64,000 nt of DNA, taken from Ranitomeya imitator (taxonomy: Eukaryota). This document shows, piece after piece, positions 12,244-24,792 of the stretch. The DNA lies in NCBI RefSeq assembly GCF_032444005.1, contig NC_091288.1, forward strand, positions 12,772,001-12,836,000. The letters run 5' to 3'. The notes under the pieces were generated by a model. The model saw only the letters and a list, made by a program, of their open reading frames with translations. It had not been told where the DNA came from and searched no databases. Each line of letters starts with the position of its first letter. The first letter of the stretch is position 1. The position numbers were made by a program, and so were the translations under genes.

Positions 12244-15200
12244 TAGCATCCGATTAGGGGGATTTCTGTGGTTCCCTGTTGGTTTGTTTGGTTTTTTTTT
12301 TTTGTACTGCACAAAAGGAGAAAGTTATTCAGGATTTATTTTGCTGCTGACGTCTGCAGAAAACGTTTCTGGTGTGGGAAAATCTGTGTGTTGTTCTGTG
12401 AAGACAATGCTGGCGGCCATCAGTGCAGAGACCCTTCACTGATCTCTGTGTGACTGTCGGGCTGGCCACTTACACAACAGCAGGTGATTAGGCTCTGATA
12501 AGCGGCTATGGCAAAGTGCTAGGACCCCAAGTGATCAGCTTCGATCTGTACGGAAACATTGAGTTCTCATTTCCTCTGCAGTGCCTCCACAGGAGAAATT
12601 AAGTATTACACCATGTCATGTCATTGGGTTGTCTACTAGAGGGATGCTCCTTATCATTCTCTTTTGGATCCCCTTTATTAACCCCATAGTACCAAGCTAA
12701 AAACCAGCGAATATATTTATACCAGACGCTGTGTATCCGTGGCTCCATCTAGTCGCCGGCTTCACATTCGGGCACAGCGGTTATGTCTTCTGGAAAGACT
12801 CTGTAACATGCAGAAAACATGGCTGTCATAGTGGGGGTGGGACTGCCCCTATTGTCGCCTGGACTAGTGATGGCGTTTGTGCATTACGTGGGCCGCATTG
12901 AGTTTAGGGTCCCTGCTGGGTGAGTGGGCGCTCGCTAATGAGTGCTGGGTGAGTGGGCGCTCGCTATTGAGTGCTGGGTGAGTGGGCGCTCGCTGAGTGC
13001 CGTGTACCCGGCCGCTGCATTGCTGGTATAATCAGGAGGCGGCAGGGATTGTGCTCGGATTTCTCCACAATTGATGCACTTCTCATTTTTAACCCCTTTA
13101 TTTGGTCCTAATTAAAAAATCAAACGATAACCACATTTTTGCTCGGCTGTTTCCACCTCTGCGTGCAGTGTCTGCCCACAGTTTGCAGTCCACTGTTTTT
13201 TTGCTGGTTGTTCTCCTGGTGTCGTACATGACGCCGCTGATCTCCCTCATATTCTTCCCATCTGTTACTGTAGCAATGAGCAGAGATCCTTGTATGGCAG
13301 AAAGGACGTCTTGTGATGTGTGCGGTCAGGGCAGGAAATGTGTCACTTCCTGAGTCGCTTAGCTCAGCTACATCACTGGTGTAAGTGCTGTCCACAGCCC
13401 GACGTGTATGCAGTCATCCTAGGACTGCAGCGTAATGCATATTCATGGTATATGGCTGCAGATGATTACACCATTTGCTGACTCCAGCGAGTGTACGGCT
13501 GCAGGTGGTTACGCCGTGTGCAGACCCCAGCGAGTGTACGGCTGCAGGTGGTTACGCCATATGCTGACCACAGCGAGTGTACGGCTGCTGGTGGTTACGC
13601 CGTATGCTGACCCCAGCGAGTGTACGGCTGCAGGTGGTTATGCCATATGCTGACTCCAGCGAGTGTACGGCTGCTGGTGGCTACGCCGTATGCTGACCCC
13701 AGCGAGTGTACGGCTGCTGGTGGCTACGCCGTATGCTGACCCCAGCGAGTGTACGGCTGCAGGTGGTTATGCCGTATACTGACCCCAGCGAGTGTACGGC
13801 TGCAGGTGGTTAGGCCATATACTGACCCCAGCGAGTGTACGGCTGCAGGTGGTTAGGCCGTGTGCAGACCCTGGCGAGTGTACGTCTCCTTTTTGTTCAC
13901 ACAGTTAATACTTTATAGTTGCTCTGATAGCTGATCGTTTTGTTTGTTCTTAATTCTCAGGTACTGAAGAACATCTATGGAAGTTTCCTAACCTCTCCTG
14001 AGCCTGGTAAGATTTTGTCTGATTTTTTTCCTGATAACATGCATTTCTGTATGTTATCAGGCACATCGGCCTCGTTTTCACCACGCCACAATACAGCTCA
14101 TGAACTGGCATAGTGTTGTCATACCAGTGTACAATGCATTTTTTCACTTTATATTGTGATCTTTGGAAAGCACTGATAAAAAAAACATTTTCTGGTGCCA
14201 CCATGTGATGGATTTCTCTCTTCTCCTCAGGTTACAATGTATCTTTGCTTTTTGATCTGGAGAATCTTCCTTCCAACCGCGACGCCATGATCCACCAGGC
14301 CGGTATGCTCAAGAGGAACTGCTTCGCCTCAGTGTTTGAGAAATACTTCAGATTCCAGGAAGAAGGAAAAGATGGCGAGAGGAGAGCCGTAATCCACTAC
14401 CGGGAGGACGAGACCATGTGAGTCCTTCATGACGAGCCCCGAACTATAACCGAGCCGATATGGTCACCCTTAATAATGCAAGAATATAACTACTATAATA
14501 CTGCCCCTATGTACAAGAATATAACTATTATAATACTGCTCCTATGTACAAGAATATAACTACTATAATACTGCCCCTATGTACAAGAATATAACTACTA
14601 TAATACTGCCCCTATGTACAAGAATATAACTACTATAATACTGCCCCTATGTACAAGAATATAACTACTATAATACTGCCCCTATGTACAAGAATATAAC
14701 TACTATAATACTGCCCCTATGTACAAGAATATAACTGCTATAATTCTGCTCGCATGTACAAGAATATAACTACTATAATACTGCTCCTATGTACAAGAAT
14801 ATAACTACTATACTACTGCCCCTATGTACAAGAATATAACTACTATAATACTGCCCCTATGTACAAGAATATAACTACTATAATACTGCTCCTTTGTACA
14901 AGAATATAACTACTATAATACTGCCCCTATGTACAAGAATATAACTACTATAATACTGCCCCTATGTACAAGAATATAACTACTATAATACTGCCCCTAT
15001 GTACAAGAATATAACTACTATAATACTGCCCCTATGTACAAGAATATAACTACTATAATACTGCCCCTATGTACAAGAATATAACTACTATAATACTGCC
15101 CCTATGTACAAGAATATAACTACTATAATACTGCCCCTATGTACAAGAATATAACTACTATAATACTGCCCCTATGTACAAGAATATAACTACTATAATA

Positions 15201-18200
15201 CTGCCCCTATGTACAAGAATATAACTACTATAATACTGCCCCTATGTACAAGAATATAACTACTATAATACTGCCCCTATGTACAAGAATATAACTACTA
15301 TAATACTGCCCCTATGTACAAGAATATAACTACTATAATACTGCCCCTATGTACAAGAATATAACTACTATAATACTGCCCCTATGTACAAGAATATAAC
15401 TACTATAATACTGCCCCTATGTACAAGAATATAACTACTATAATACTGCCCCTATGTACAAGAATATAACTACTATAATACTGCCCCTATGTACAAGAAT
15501 ATAACTACTATAATACTGCCCCTATGTACAAGAATATAACTACTATAATACTGCCCCTATGTACAAGAATATAACTACTATAATACTGCGCCCTATGTAC
15601 TGTATAATACTATTCTGTCACTTGTCTGTCATTTAAATCAGTTATTACTTCTAGGTATGTGGAAGCTAAGAAGGACCGGGTGACGGTGGTGTTCAGCACA
15701 GTATTTAAGGACGATGATGATGTGGTTATAGGGAAGGTTTTCATGCAGGTTAGTATGTGACTGCTGTATAGTAATATTGTCGTCGGTGGTCAGTCTTGTC
15801 TTCGAGTACAGCACAGACTAGAGTTGTGTTGATGGTGGTGACCCTCTGGATATGTTTTCACCTGTTGCCAGTACAGATGAGCTTGAGTAGTTAGGGAACG
15901 TCTTTCACCCAGTCTTTATTTGCAGGAGTTTAAGGAGGGACGCCGCGCCAGTCACACCGCACCTCAGGTTCTTTTCAGCCATCGGGAGCCTCCCCTGGAG
16001 CTGAAGGACACGGACGCAGCAGTGGGAGATAACATTGGATATATCACATTTGGTGAGTGCACACTATGGACACGACTATAATATCAACACTGCAGACAAT
16101 CACTGATTGCACCTTCATTCACAGCAGGTCATTTACATGTGGATTTCTGGAAAGGGCTGAGCAGCACTAATGCCCCACATGACTCCTGCATTTCTTACGT
16201 CTTCTTTTGTATCCTTAGTGCTCTTCCCACGTCACACCAACGCCAACGCACGGGACAACACCATCAATCTCATTCACACGTTCCGGGACTACCTGCACTA
16301 CCACATCAAGTGCTCCAAGGTGGGTTCTCTGCACATCCCCGCTCCTGGGTGCCCCGATACATGTTATGGCCGTTATTGACGTCATCAAAAAAAATGTGAG
16401 GTTTTACATTTAATGCCCTTGTTTCTTCTTTCTTTAAAGGCTTACATTCATACTCGCATGAGAGCAAAAACCTCAGACTTCCTCAAGGTTCTGAACAGAG
16501 CTCGTCCGGACGCAGAGAGGAAGGAGATGAAGACCATATCGTGAGTTGATATGATTATGGGGTAGCCTCTTAAAAACGGGTGATAACTTCTTGATTGGTG
16601 CTGTGACTCCTACCAATTCCCCCTTTTTTAGTGTACCCATCTTACCGGTTGGAGACCACCACTCCAGTAGTTATCACTTCTCCTGTGGATATTGTTTGTC
16701 TTTTAACCAGAATACTCCTTTAATTCATTGCAGAATTTAAAAAACAAAAAAAAAAGTTCCTTCAACTTTCTCTTTGTTTCCTTGTCGTTTTCAAGATCTC
16801 TGCTTATTGTCAGTGAACAGGAATATTCTTGTTTATATCCTCACAATGAAAAGTAGTTTATTTCTTTTTTACAGCTGAGGGTTTGCTTCACTTGTATCCA
16901 GTCTATATAATTTACTCACGGCTGACTCATTTTACTTGCGGCAATACTTTGTAAGGACAAACAAACCAGAAATTTGTGCTTATGGTGTATGTACCTCACA
17001 CCAGGCGATGTAGATTAAATTGCAGCAAAGTCTCAGCTGTGAGCAGCATTCGGGGTCTCTGAGTATTTGTGACTGCTCGGAGATTTCGTTTTCCTTGCCG
17101 CAGCTGCATGATTTACAGCTATTAGCCAGCTTGATTACACGTGGGGATTCTCTAGCAACCAGGCAACCCCCACATGTACTCAGGCTGGCTAGCAGCTGTA
17201 AATCATTCAGCTGTGTCAATAAAAACTATTTTTCCGAGCAGTCACAAATACTCGGAGACCACCTGATCAACGAGTACACTCGCTCATCACTAGTTAAGAT
17301 ATGAGTAGAGGTGTATAGAAATGGAGATGCAGAACGTGACGTTACACAACAAATAAACCGCGCAATGTTTTATGTTTCTTCCTTGTTCTACACCCTAATA
17401 AAACCAAATAGTCGCATGTGAGGACGGTGCCAGGTTTGTGTGATGGTGGCGATAAGATCTGCACATACCTGTGGCCAGTGGTATTTATAAGCCCCGGGTG
17501 ATGCAGAGATAACATTCAATATCAGACATTCCCATCTCCTGACGTGGCGGTACTATGTTTGCTGCTCTGTTTGGATTACATAGTAAGGGTAAGTTCACTC
17601 CTTGCATATTCGGTGTCAGGTTTCCACAATTTTGTTTGCAGAAAATCCTCAGTGTAACATAGTTCCAGCTAAAGTGGATCCAAGTTCAACAAATCTCCCC
17701 TACATATAGCTGAAAATATCTGCACAGAAATTGTGCTGTGGTTCCGACATCTGCAGTGTCTTATAGAATTGGGTGCGTTTAAAGGGTCGACATTGACTGT
17801 TAGGATCGCTACTTCCTATAGGTGGCACTAGAGATCCAGTCCTCTTCCCCTGAAGACAGTTTGCATAGAATGGGTGCAGCCCCCCAACTTCTCAATATTT
17901 AGGCTGAATCCTGCAGCAAAATTCATGTGTAACAAAAGCATATTTTTGTTCTCGCACACTACTGAAACATCTGCAGCAAAATGCAACGTATGATCTTACG
18001 CTGGAGATGTATCAGGAGCTCATCAGAGTCCTCCAGGGACCGGTTTACGCCTTGTGGGTTTGGATTTTATGCATTTTTCTAAACTGAAATCCTCCAGCAT
18101 TTCTGCATGTCAAAATTGGGGGCTATTTTCTGAGGTAATTCATGCTTTTTAATGTGCATTTATTTCTGTTAGGAAAGAGCAAAAAAAAAACAATTTCAGG

Positions 18201-20664
18201 CCTGCATTTAACATTCGTGCCAACAAAGGAGCGTTTCCACAACAGAAATTGCAGCTATAAAAAAAAAAATGTAATAAAAGTCAATTTCTGTGCAGATTCC
18301 ACATTAAAATGCAACATGTGGATGAGATTTATTTGAAAATTATTTTTGCTTGTACTGTAAAATACTGCAGCTTTTTCGTGGATATAATCCTGGCGTTCAG
18401 GGATTGTCATCGGAAAGAGACCTGTTGGTTAAACTCAGCTTTATGCGATCAATATATATATTTTTTTTATTTTTCCCGTATTACTATCTTTATTAAAAAA
18501 TGTTAAATCTTGTCGTTTTCACACCAGCCACTGGGGTATTTAAGACTCCTCTTTCATGTCATTTTATGACATCCGCATGCAAATTAGGAGCAATAGACCG
18601 ACCCACTCATTTTTTTTTTTTTCCATTGAAGCATCTAATGAGCATGTGCAGAATTCAGTGTGAAGGAAGGGGGAGCAGGTGTGCTGTGACATCCCCCAAT
18701 ATGATGAGTGGATCCGGTTTATAAGTATTACCCATCATTGTAATCCTGCCTGTGCTGAAAACTTTTCCTAAATCTGAAAGGACAAAAAATGAGCCTAAAT
18801 GCACCAGTGGCTGCCATGTAAAAATTGAGTTTTCTATTTTTTGGGTTTTTTTTTTTCAATAAGGAATGCGATTTAAAAAAAAAAAACATGTAGCACAAAA
18901 CCTGGTTTAATCAGTGTGAGCAGAAATCAACCTCTTCTCTTTAAAATCTGCACCAAGTACAGAGAGTGTGAACCAAGCCCAAAGATACAGCCAGAAATAA
19001 AAGTGCAAGGGGAACTCGTCATAAGAATTTTGTGTTTACCAGTTGACAACGTTACAAATTGCACCAAATTTATCCCAAATTCACACACATTCCATACTAT
19101 TAAACGCATTTTTCTTTTTTACTACTTTGCGCCTCTTTTACAACTTATGAGCAAGACATAAAATACAGCAAAATCACAATATAAGTTTGACACTTGCTAC
19201 ATAAATGTTCCCTCATTGTGGCTGGTGGTCTCTAGAGATCTGTTCAGTCCCTTTATGGATTAGGTGCCGCTCGCTCAGATACTGTCTGATTCCAGCAGAG
19301 AGGGGCTGTTAGGGGTTCTCGCCTCTTACTGTTAAAGGGGCGGTGATAAATTGCAAGAGTCTTTAATAGATATGGATACATTTTATCCAAGGTATCTTTG
19401 AGATTGGGTCTTATTAAAAGCTTTGCACCATTTCCCACCTATAGCCTCGGAGTTACCCTGACTTAAGCTGTCTGCAGAACGAGTTAATGAAGAATCCATC
19501 ATTGAGCTTGTTGTGGCGGGAGCATACACCTTCTATGTTCCTTTCTGCTGATTTATAACCCCATCAAACTCCCTATAAGAACGAGTTCACTGACTGATTC
19601 TCATTTGGCTCATTCTTCTGCCGGCATTAGACAGTCTAAGGCTATGTGCACACGTTGCAGATTTGGCTGCTGATTTTTCCACATCGTTTTTGAAAAATCC
19701 ACAGGTAAAACAAAACGGATTTACCATGGAATTCCTATTGTGGAGCAGGTGTAAACCGCTGCAGAATCCGCACAAAGAATTGACATGCTGCGGAAAATAC
19801 AATGTTTTCCGCACCATGGGCACTGTGGATTTGGTTTTCCATAGATTTACATGGTACTGTAAATTCATGGAGAACAGCTGCGAATCCGCAGCCGAATCTG
19901 CAACGTGTGCACATAGCCTTACAATAAAGACTATAGAAGGCAAACGGTGCAATATATGCTTCTTGGAACTCAATTTCAAAAATTATATTTGACCTTGTTA
20001 AAAACAAAAATTGCCACAAATGGGTCAATATATGTTAGTAGTACATGTAGACTGAGGGGGTCTTTGTGCGTTTTTTTTTAATGAAAGCTGAGGATCCTGT
20101 ATTTTATGGCCCTGTCAGCTTTCTGGTTTTCCTCCCGTCCCTCTGTTGCTCCTCTTGGACATGTGTGATCTATTTTCTATCTGGGCGCTCTCACTCCTCT
20201 CGTTCTTGGGGTTTTTCCTAGTTTGGATTGACGCAGTCAGATCCATGCAGATAATTATCCATACTGATGAGAAGAATTGTAACACCCAGGTGTCAGTTTA
20301 TTGCTACATTTCCAGGAGGATTAACTCAGGGACGGCTTATCATACGGTCTGAGACACGGCATTGTAATAAACATTTACTAACCGGATGCCTGGAGCGCTG
20401 CCGCTCCACCTTTAAAGGGATTGTTTGGGGCTGTTGGTTGTACCCTGTGACCTTCATGCCGCTCCTGAAGCTACAACTCCCAGGATGAGCAGATAGCAGC
20501 GTCTCTATATGTTATTTCAGCATAACAGCCTTGTCGGAATATTGCAGGTCCTCTGAGAAATGTGTAAACTTCCATATGCTGGATTACCAGATGCTAGATT
20601 AAAGGAATTTAACGAAAACTTTTTATTTTTTATTTTTAGGGGAAAGACCTTTGCCGCTCGTTGA
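7475..20664 (+). CDS. ARPC2: Actin-related protein 2/3 complex subunit 2 (p34-Arc), complete 10-exon CDS, 300 aa
   Basis: Exons 7475-7548, 10020-10054, 10965-11077, 13961-14006, 14231-14417, 15655-15748, 15926-16052, 16219-16319, 16440-16540, 20640-20664, all GT-AG, sum 903 nt. Protein runs [47 protein letters not shown]...KEMKTISGKTFAAR*, recognisably ARPC2. Confidence 0.98.
8509..8962. mobile_element. T2/Kolobok-type MITE (degenerate)
   Basis: TTAA-AGGGG...CCCCT-TTAA termini. Confidence 0.5.
9047..9318 (-). mobile_element. tRNA-derived SINE (V-SINE-like)
   Basis: Minus strand begins GGGCAGCACGGTGGCACAGTGGTTAGC (A box), GGTTCAAACCC (B box), ends GCGCTACATAAAAATAAAGACGATGATGATGA. Confidence 0.85.
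10020..10054 (+). CDS. ARPC2: ARPC2 coding exon 2 ([11 protein letters not shown])
   Basis: Long T tract + TAG acceptor; donor G|GTGACA; 35 nt, keeps frame. Confidence 0.96.
10965..11077 (+). CDS. ARPC2: ARPC2 coding exon 3 ([11 protein letters not shown]...QDHGADE)
   Basis: AG/GT boundaries, 113 nt. Confidence 0.97.
11170..11782. mobile_element. T2/Kolobok-type palindromic MITE
   Basis: Long inverted arms; right end GGTGACAGGTTCCCT-TTAA, left end degenerate; same family as 44022-44661. Confidence 0.85.
12211..12242 (+). repeat. C32 homopolymer
   Basis: 32 consecutive C in ARPC2 intron 3. Confidence 0.9.
12915..13000. repeat. 29-bp tandem repeat x3
   Basis: TGCTGGGTGAGTGGGCGCTCGCTAATGAG unit. 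Confidence 0.85.
13482..13885. repeat. 43-bp minisatellite, ~9-10 copies, ARPC2 intron 3
   Basis: CCCAGCGAGTGTACGGCTGCAGGTGGTTACGCCGTATGCTGAC unit. Confidence 0.95.
13961..14006 (+). CDS. ARPC2: ARPC2 coding exon 4 ([15 protein letters not shown])
   Basis: CAG acceptor, GTAAGA donor, 46 nt. Confidence 0.95.
14231..14417 (+). CDS. ARPC2: ARPC2 coding exon 5 ([14 protein letters not shown]...HYREDETM)
   Basis: CAG acceptor, GTGAGT donor, 187 nt. Confidence 0.97.
14477..15600. repeat. 35-bp AT-rich minisatellite, ~32 copies, filling ARPC2 intron 5
   Basis: GCCCCTATGTACAAGAATATAACTACTATAATACT unit; right half nearly homogeneous. Confidence 0.98.
15655..15748 (+). CDS. ARPC2: ARPC2 coding exon 6 ([31 protein letters not shown])
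   Basis: TAG acceptor, GTTAGT donor, 94 nt. Confidence 0.97.
15926..16052 (+). CDS. ARPC2: ARPC2 coding exon 7 ([17 protein letters not shown]...IGYITF)
   Basis: CAG acceptor, GTGAGT donor, 127 nt. Confidence 0.97.
16219..16319 (+). CDS. ARPC2: ARPC2 coding exon 8 (VLFPRHTN...HYHIKCSK)
   Basis: TAG acceptor, GTGGGT donor, 101 nt. Confidence 0.97.
16440..16540 (+). CDS. ARPC2: ARPC2 coding exon 9 ([33 protein letters not shown])
   Basis: AAG acceptor, GTGAGT donor, 101 nt. Confidence 0.97.
19637..19921. mobile_element. PIF/Harbinger-type MITE
   Basis: TAA-GGCTATGTGCACACG...CGTGTGCACATAGCC-TTA terminal inverted repeats. Confidence 0.8.
20640..20664 (+). CDS. ARPC2: ARPC2 coding exon 10 (SGKTFAAR*)
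   Basis: T-rich tract + TAG acceptor, TGA stop at 20662-20664. Confidence 0.95.
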
Positions 20665-20967
20665 CCGCGTGGCTGACAACAATTCAATACCGTTAAAAAA
20701 AAAAAAAGCACCAATCACCCCTGGTGTCAGATTTCCAGGCGTAACGGTTCCAGTGTGACCCTCGGGGTAACGTTTAGTGAAATCCAATCTATTTGAAGCC
20801 GTGCTTTGCCAAGACCGAAATCGGATAAAGCAGGAACGGGACGTGCTCCATTTCTTCACGTCCCTCTACCCGGCGACATGTTCTGCTTTCTGTACTCGTT
20901 TCTTACACACACAAAAAGAAAATCCTGGTGAAAATTCGTTGTGCAAATTATGTTTTTGGAATTGTTA

Positions 20968-20973
20968 AATAAA
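20968..20973 (+). terminator. Probable ARPC2 poly(A) signal AATAAA
   Basis: First canonical hexamer I found after the stop (~300 nt), followed by U/GU-rich sequence. Confidence 0.6.
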
Positions 20974-21433
20974 TCTTTCTATCCTATGTGTCGTTATGTA
21001 ACTTGTTCACAACATGGCTCTTAAAGGAGATGTGGGGGGGGGTGGCGGGAGGGGTCTATAAACTCCATTAGGGAGGGGGATCCTCATTATTTTGCCAGAG
21101 AAGAGAACGTTTTTGCAGGACCCAACATGGGCAAATCATTGATCTCAGTGGGCGATGTGTAATTCTTACTTTCTCCTGCGGAGGAGCTGTAGCGAGATTA
21201 CAGCACATCGCTGGGGGGGAGGGGGGCACCAAGAAAATCCTCTAATTTGGCAAATGAAAGTTATTGGTGTTTTTTTTTTTTTTTTTTTTTTTTTTTGTAG
21301 TTTATAGGACGTACAGTAAAGTATCGATTCTCTTCACTTTTCAGGATCTCGGCTTCCATACTTGCTGTGCAGGTTAATATGGAGCCACAAGGTTGCTATT
21401 CAATGTCAGCAAGCAGCAATCTTGCAAAAAAAA

Positions 21434-22235
21434 TACTATATATATATTGCGGGGAGGAAGGAGCGGCCATTTTGCCCCCGAACTGTGCCCGTCGCTATAG
21501 ATATATATATCTATCTATATCTATAGCGACGGGCACAGTTCGGGGGCAAAATGGCCACTCCTTCCTGCCCGCAGTCAGTGCCCGCTCCATACGCCCCTCC
21601 AGTCAGCCCTCACACAGGGTTAATGGCAGCGCTAATGGACCGCGTTATGCCGCGGTGTAACACTCCATTAACGCAGCTATTAACCCTGTGTGACCAACTT
21701 TTTACTATTGATGATGTGTATGCAGCATCAATAGTAAAACGATCTAATGTTAAAAATAATAATTAAAAAAAAGGTTATTCTCACCCTCCGACGTCGCCCG
21801 CTGTCCTCGGCAGTGCAAGCGGCAGGTTCCGGTGCTAAGAATGCTATGCGAGAAGGACCTGCCATGACGTCACAGTCATGTGACCGCGACGTCATCACAG
21901 GTCCTGCGCTCATACCAACCCTGGGGCCGGAAGCTGCCGCCTGCACCACACACAGGCGCCAGGACTACAAGGGGCCCTCGGAAGGTGAGTATATGTTAAT
22001 TTTTTATTTTAAGTCTTTTTTAACCACGCATATAGTGCCCACATTGCTATATACTACATGGTCTGTGTTACATACTGCGTGGGCTGCGTTATATACTACA
22101 TGGCTGCTATGTACTACGTGCCCACTTATATACTATGTGGGCAATGTTATATACTGTGTGGGCTGTGTTATATACTGTTTGTGCTGTGTTATATACTGCG
22201 TGGCCTGTATTAACGCATCGGGAATTCAAGAATAT
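21434..22235 (+). mobile_element. Truncated non-autonomous Helitron copy with terminal inverted duplication
   Basis: Homologous to 25270-25985 (GCAGTCAGTG..CCGCGTTATGCCGCGG..TATACTACGTGG repeats); lacks the 3' CTAG end; hairpin 21449-21572 at the left end. Confidence 0.65.
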
Positions 22236-22937
22236 GTCATGGCCAACTCGTATACAGTCAAATAAGGCAGCACACTGCGGCGCTAAAACATGGAAACCTG
22301 AAAATTGAACTGCATAACTGCACTAGAAATATGAAAAATTGAGAGCGTTTAGCACATGAATTGGCCCAGGTCAGTGCCATTCTGATAAACTCTTAGTAGG
22401 GGTTCTCATACTCTGAACCCAAATATGTGTAAATTCCGATAATCTGGCGTTGCATGAAATTCCATCCTGTTGTCAATACCTGGAGTCAGTCTGGTCTGTG
22501 TCTGACAGTTTTAGTCCAGTGCCGGACTAATCGACACCAGTTGTCATATGCCGGATTAGCAGACATTCTGCACAGTAACTATATTGTCCAATAACTATAT
22601 TGCTGCCATTTTCCCCGATCGACTATGCCCCGGTCAGGAAGAGCGAGACGACTCGTGGTTTATAATGTGCTCGGAAGTGATGTTCATACCCGTCCTAACC
22701 TCACCCACTTTTCTCGCTACTTGTGAAGTGTTGCAAATAATACCATTATTCTCTGTATTATAGTGACCTAAAGACATTAATAAATTCTTCCCTTTATTTG
22801 AATATAGAGTCCAATAGTCCAGAATCTGATGGTCTGGAAATTCTTATATTCCAGGACGCGACATTAGAACAGCAGGGAATCGTTGTTCTATTTCTGCATT
22901 ACTAATACAAAGCCACAGATAAGTAGTTCTTATTAGT

Positions 22938-22943
22938 TTTATT
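22938..22943 (-). terminator. Candidate poly(A) signal of type I keratin
   Basis: AATAAA on minus strand ~27 nt after the stop; a second one at 22793-22798. Confidence 0.5.
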
Positions 22944-22969
22944 TATAGATCCTGTTCACATTCGCCATC

Positions 22970-23061
22970 TTATTTAATGGTGTCTTCAGATGACGCAGAC
23001 ACTACTTTTCCGTCCACGATCTCGTGCTGGGTCACAGTCACCTTCTGTATAGTGCTTGGTG
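22970..23061 (-). CDS. Type I keratin exon 8 ([30 protein letters not shown])
   Basis: Pyrimidine tract + CAG acceptor; K18-like IVDGKVVS tail motif; TAA at 22972-22970. Confidence 0.88.
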
Positions 23062-24757
23062 CTGTGGGGGAGACACAGAATTAATCACAGTAAGCTTTTC
23101 AATTAGTGAATATAATGTAAAATTCCACTGATCTGGGAATCTTCTCACAGCTGAGGGTTTGTTACAGTTGTATTCTGGGAGCTACACCATGCAGACTTTA
23201 GCCTGATACATTGTAACACTCCGGAAAGGAGAGACTCTTCTGATGTGTTCAGCTCAGAGTATTGGCCTGGTTTGATACAATTGTTAGAAACCATCAGCTG
23301 TAACAATGTTCTAGTCATTGGCAGCAAGCATGTGTTTTAAAATGGTAACAATATACAAGCCCTGATTCATCACTGCGTATTTTTTCTGGCATAACCATGG
23401 TTTTAACAGTGACTTTATTTGATCATTGTTTAATTTGCACATTTAAGTTATCTTTACTTGGTTTTGACTTTTTCACTATTTTGTCTGCGGTTTTCATTAT
23501 AGAGATATTTTGGTGTAATTCATTTATCACTGCAAAATCTCTACCCATCTTTGTGCAGTGGTGCTCCAGTAGTGGAGTGCAAAATCTTTTGCACAGTTAA
23601 ACTAAAGTGTCGCTTTCTGCGCTAATAAGGTAAGATCCAAAATTATGAATTGGAAGCCCAAGAGGGTAAATTTGTTGTGCAACTGGTCCGAGACGGTTAA
23701 CTTGTCCACTGCAGGTAAAAATCTACGTCAGACACCTAAGTGTAAAATCATAGAAGTTGCAGATTGTTGCTCTCAACAGACAAGTTCAAAAATGTGCTCG
23801 ACCTTAAAATTGTTCTTTATTTCAATCTTTTATCCTAACTTTTGGGGTAAAGTCATAAACGATGCTAAAATGTTGCAAACTTTGCTGATGCACATTGGCA
23901 AACCATTTTTGCAATTGAATCAGATGAAAACATTTGCAAATCCTATCAGCAATGAAAAGAAAAAGGAAACCTTAAAATATAAAATAGAAGTTAAGAAAGA
24001 GTGCAAGTTAAAAAAACAAACACCAAAAACTAGACAATAAAAGGTGTTAGTGCGATAATGATTTGGGTACAAAATGTTTAAAGATCGATCTCCATATATA
24101 AAAAGTTTTCAGTTCTCCATCATCTAAAGGAGGAATGGGGGCATTCACATGTACATATCTATGGGGGCTATATATGCAGTGACCATAGAGGATCATCCCA
24201 TATTCTTTACTAGCCAGACCAAAAATCAATATAATTTAATTTAAAAACCATTCAGATGTGAATAGCAGCTAATAAGCAATTGCAATGTAAGCAATTTCCT
24301 TACATGCAGTATATATTAGGCTAGGGTTATATAGCGGGATTGTTCCTTTGCTGATGTCACTATTACGGCTCATACCCACTTGCGAGAAAAGAAAAAAAAA
24401 AAGGTCCGTAATCTGGACCGAAAAAATTGGATGCAAACTATGCAATTGTCATGCGAGTTCAATGCGATTTTTAATCGCACCATCCGTATGACATCTGTAT
24501 GCAATGCGGTTTTTTTTCTCTGCAACTATTTTTGTACAATCATTTACAGGACCATTTACAGTGTTCTGTGCCACAGAATGGTAATGTCTCTGTAAAAAAG
24601 GGACGGAAAATGGATGGTCCGTATTCCGCACTGATTGACTTGAATTGGCGAGACTCGCAGCATGCTGCAATTTTTTTTTTCTCAGTCCGATTTCAGCTGA
24701 GAAAAAAATAGCAAATGAGATGCCACCTATTGAATAACATTGGTCAGAGTGCAATCC

Positions 24758-24792
<35 letters not shown>

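Noticed and set aside
14477-15600. Regular arrays resembling CRISPR
   Set aside because: Head-to-tail units with no unique spacers, in a eukaryotic intron.
19190-19620. Possible decayed retroelement ORF on the minus strand
   Set aside because: Only faint resemblance and no diagnostic motif readable.
20100-20415. Possible further Penelope-like end in ARPC2 intron 9 (AATAAA..GATGCCTGGAGCGCTGCC)
   Set aside because: No recognisable hammerhead core; too decayed to support.
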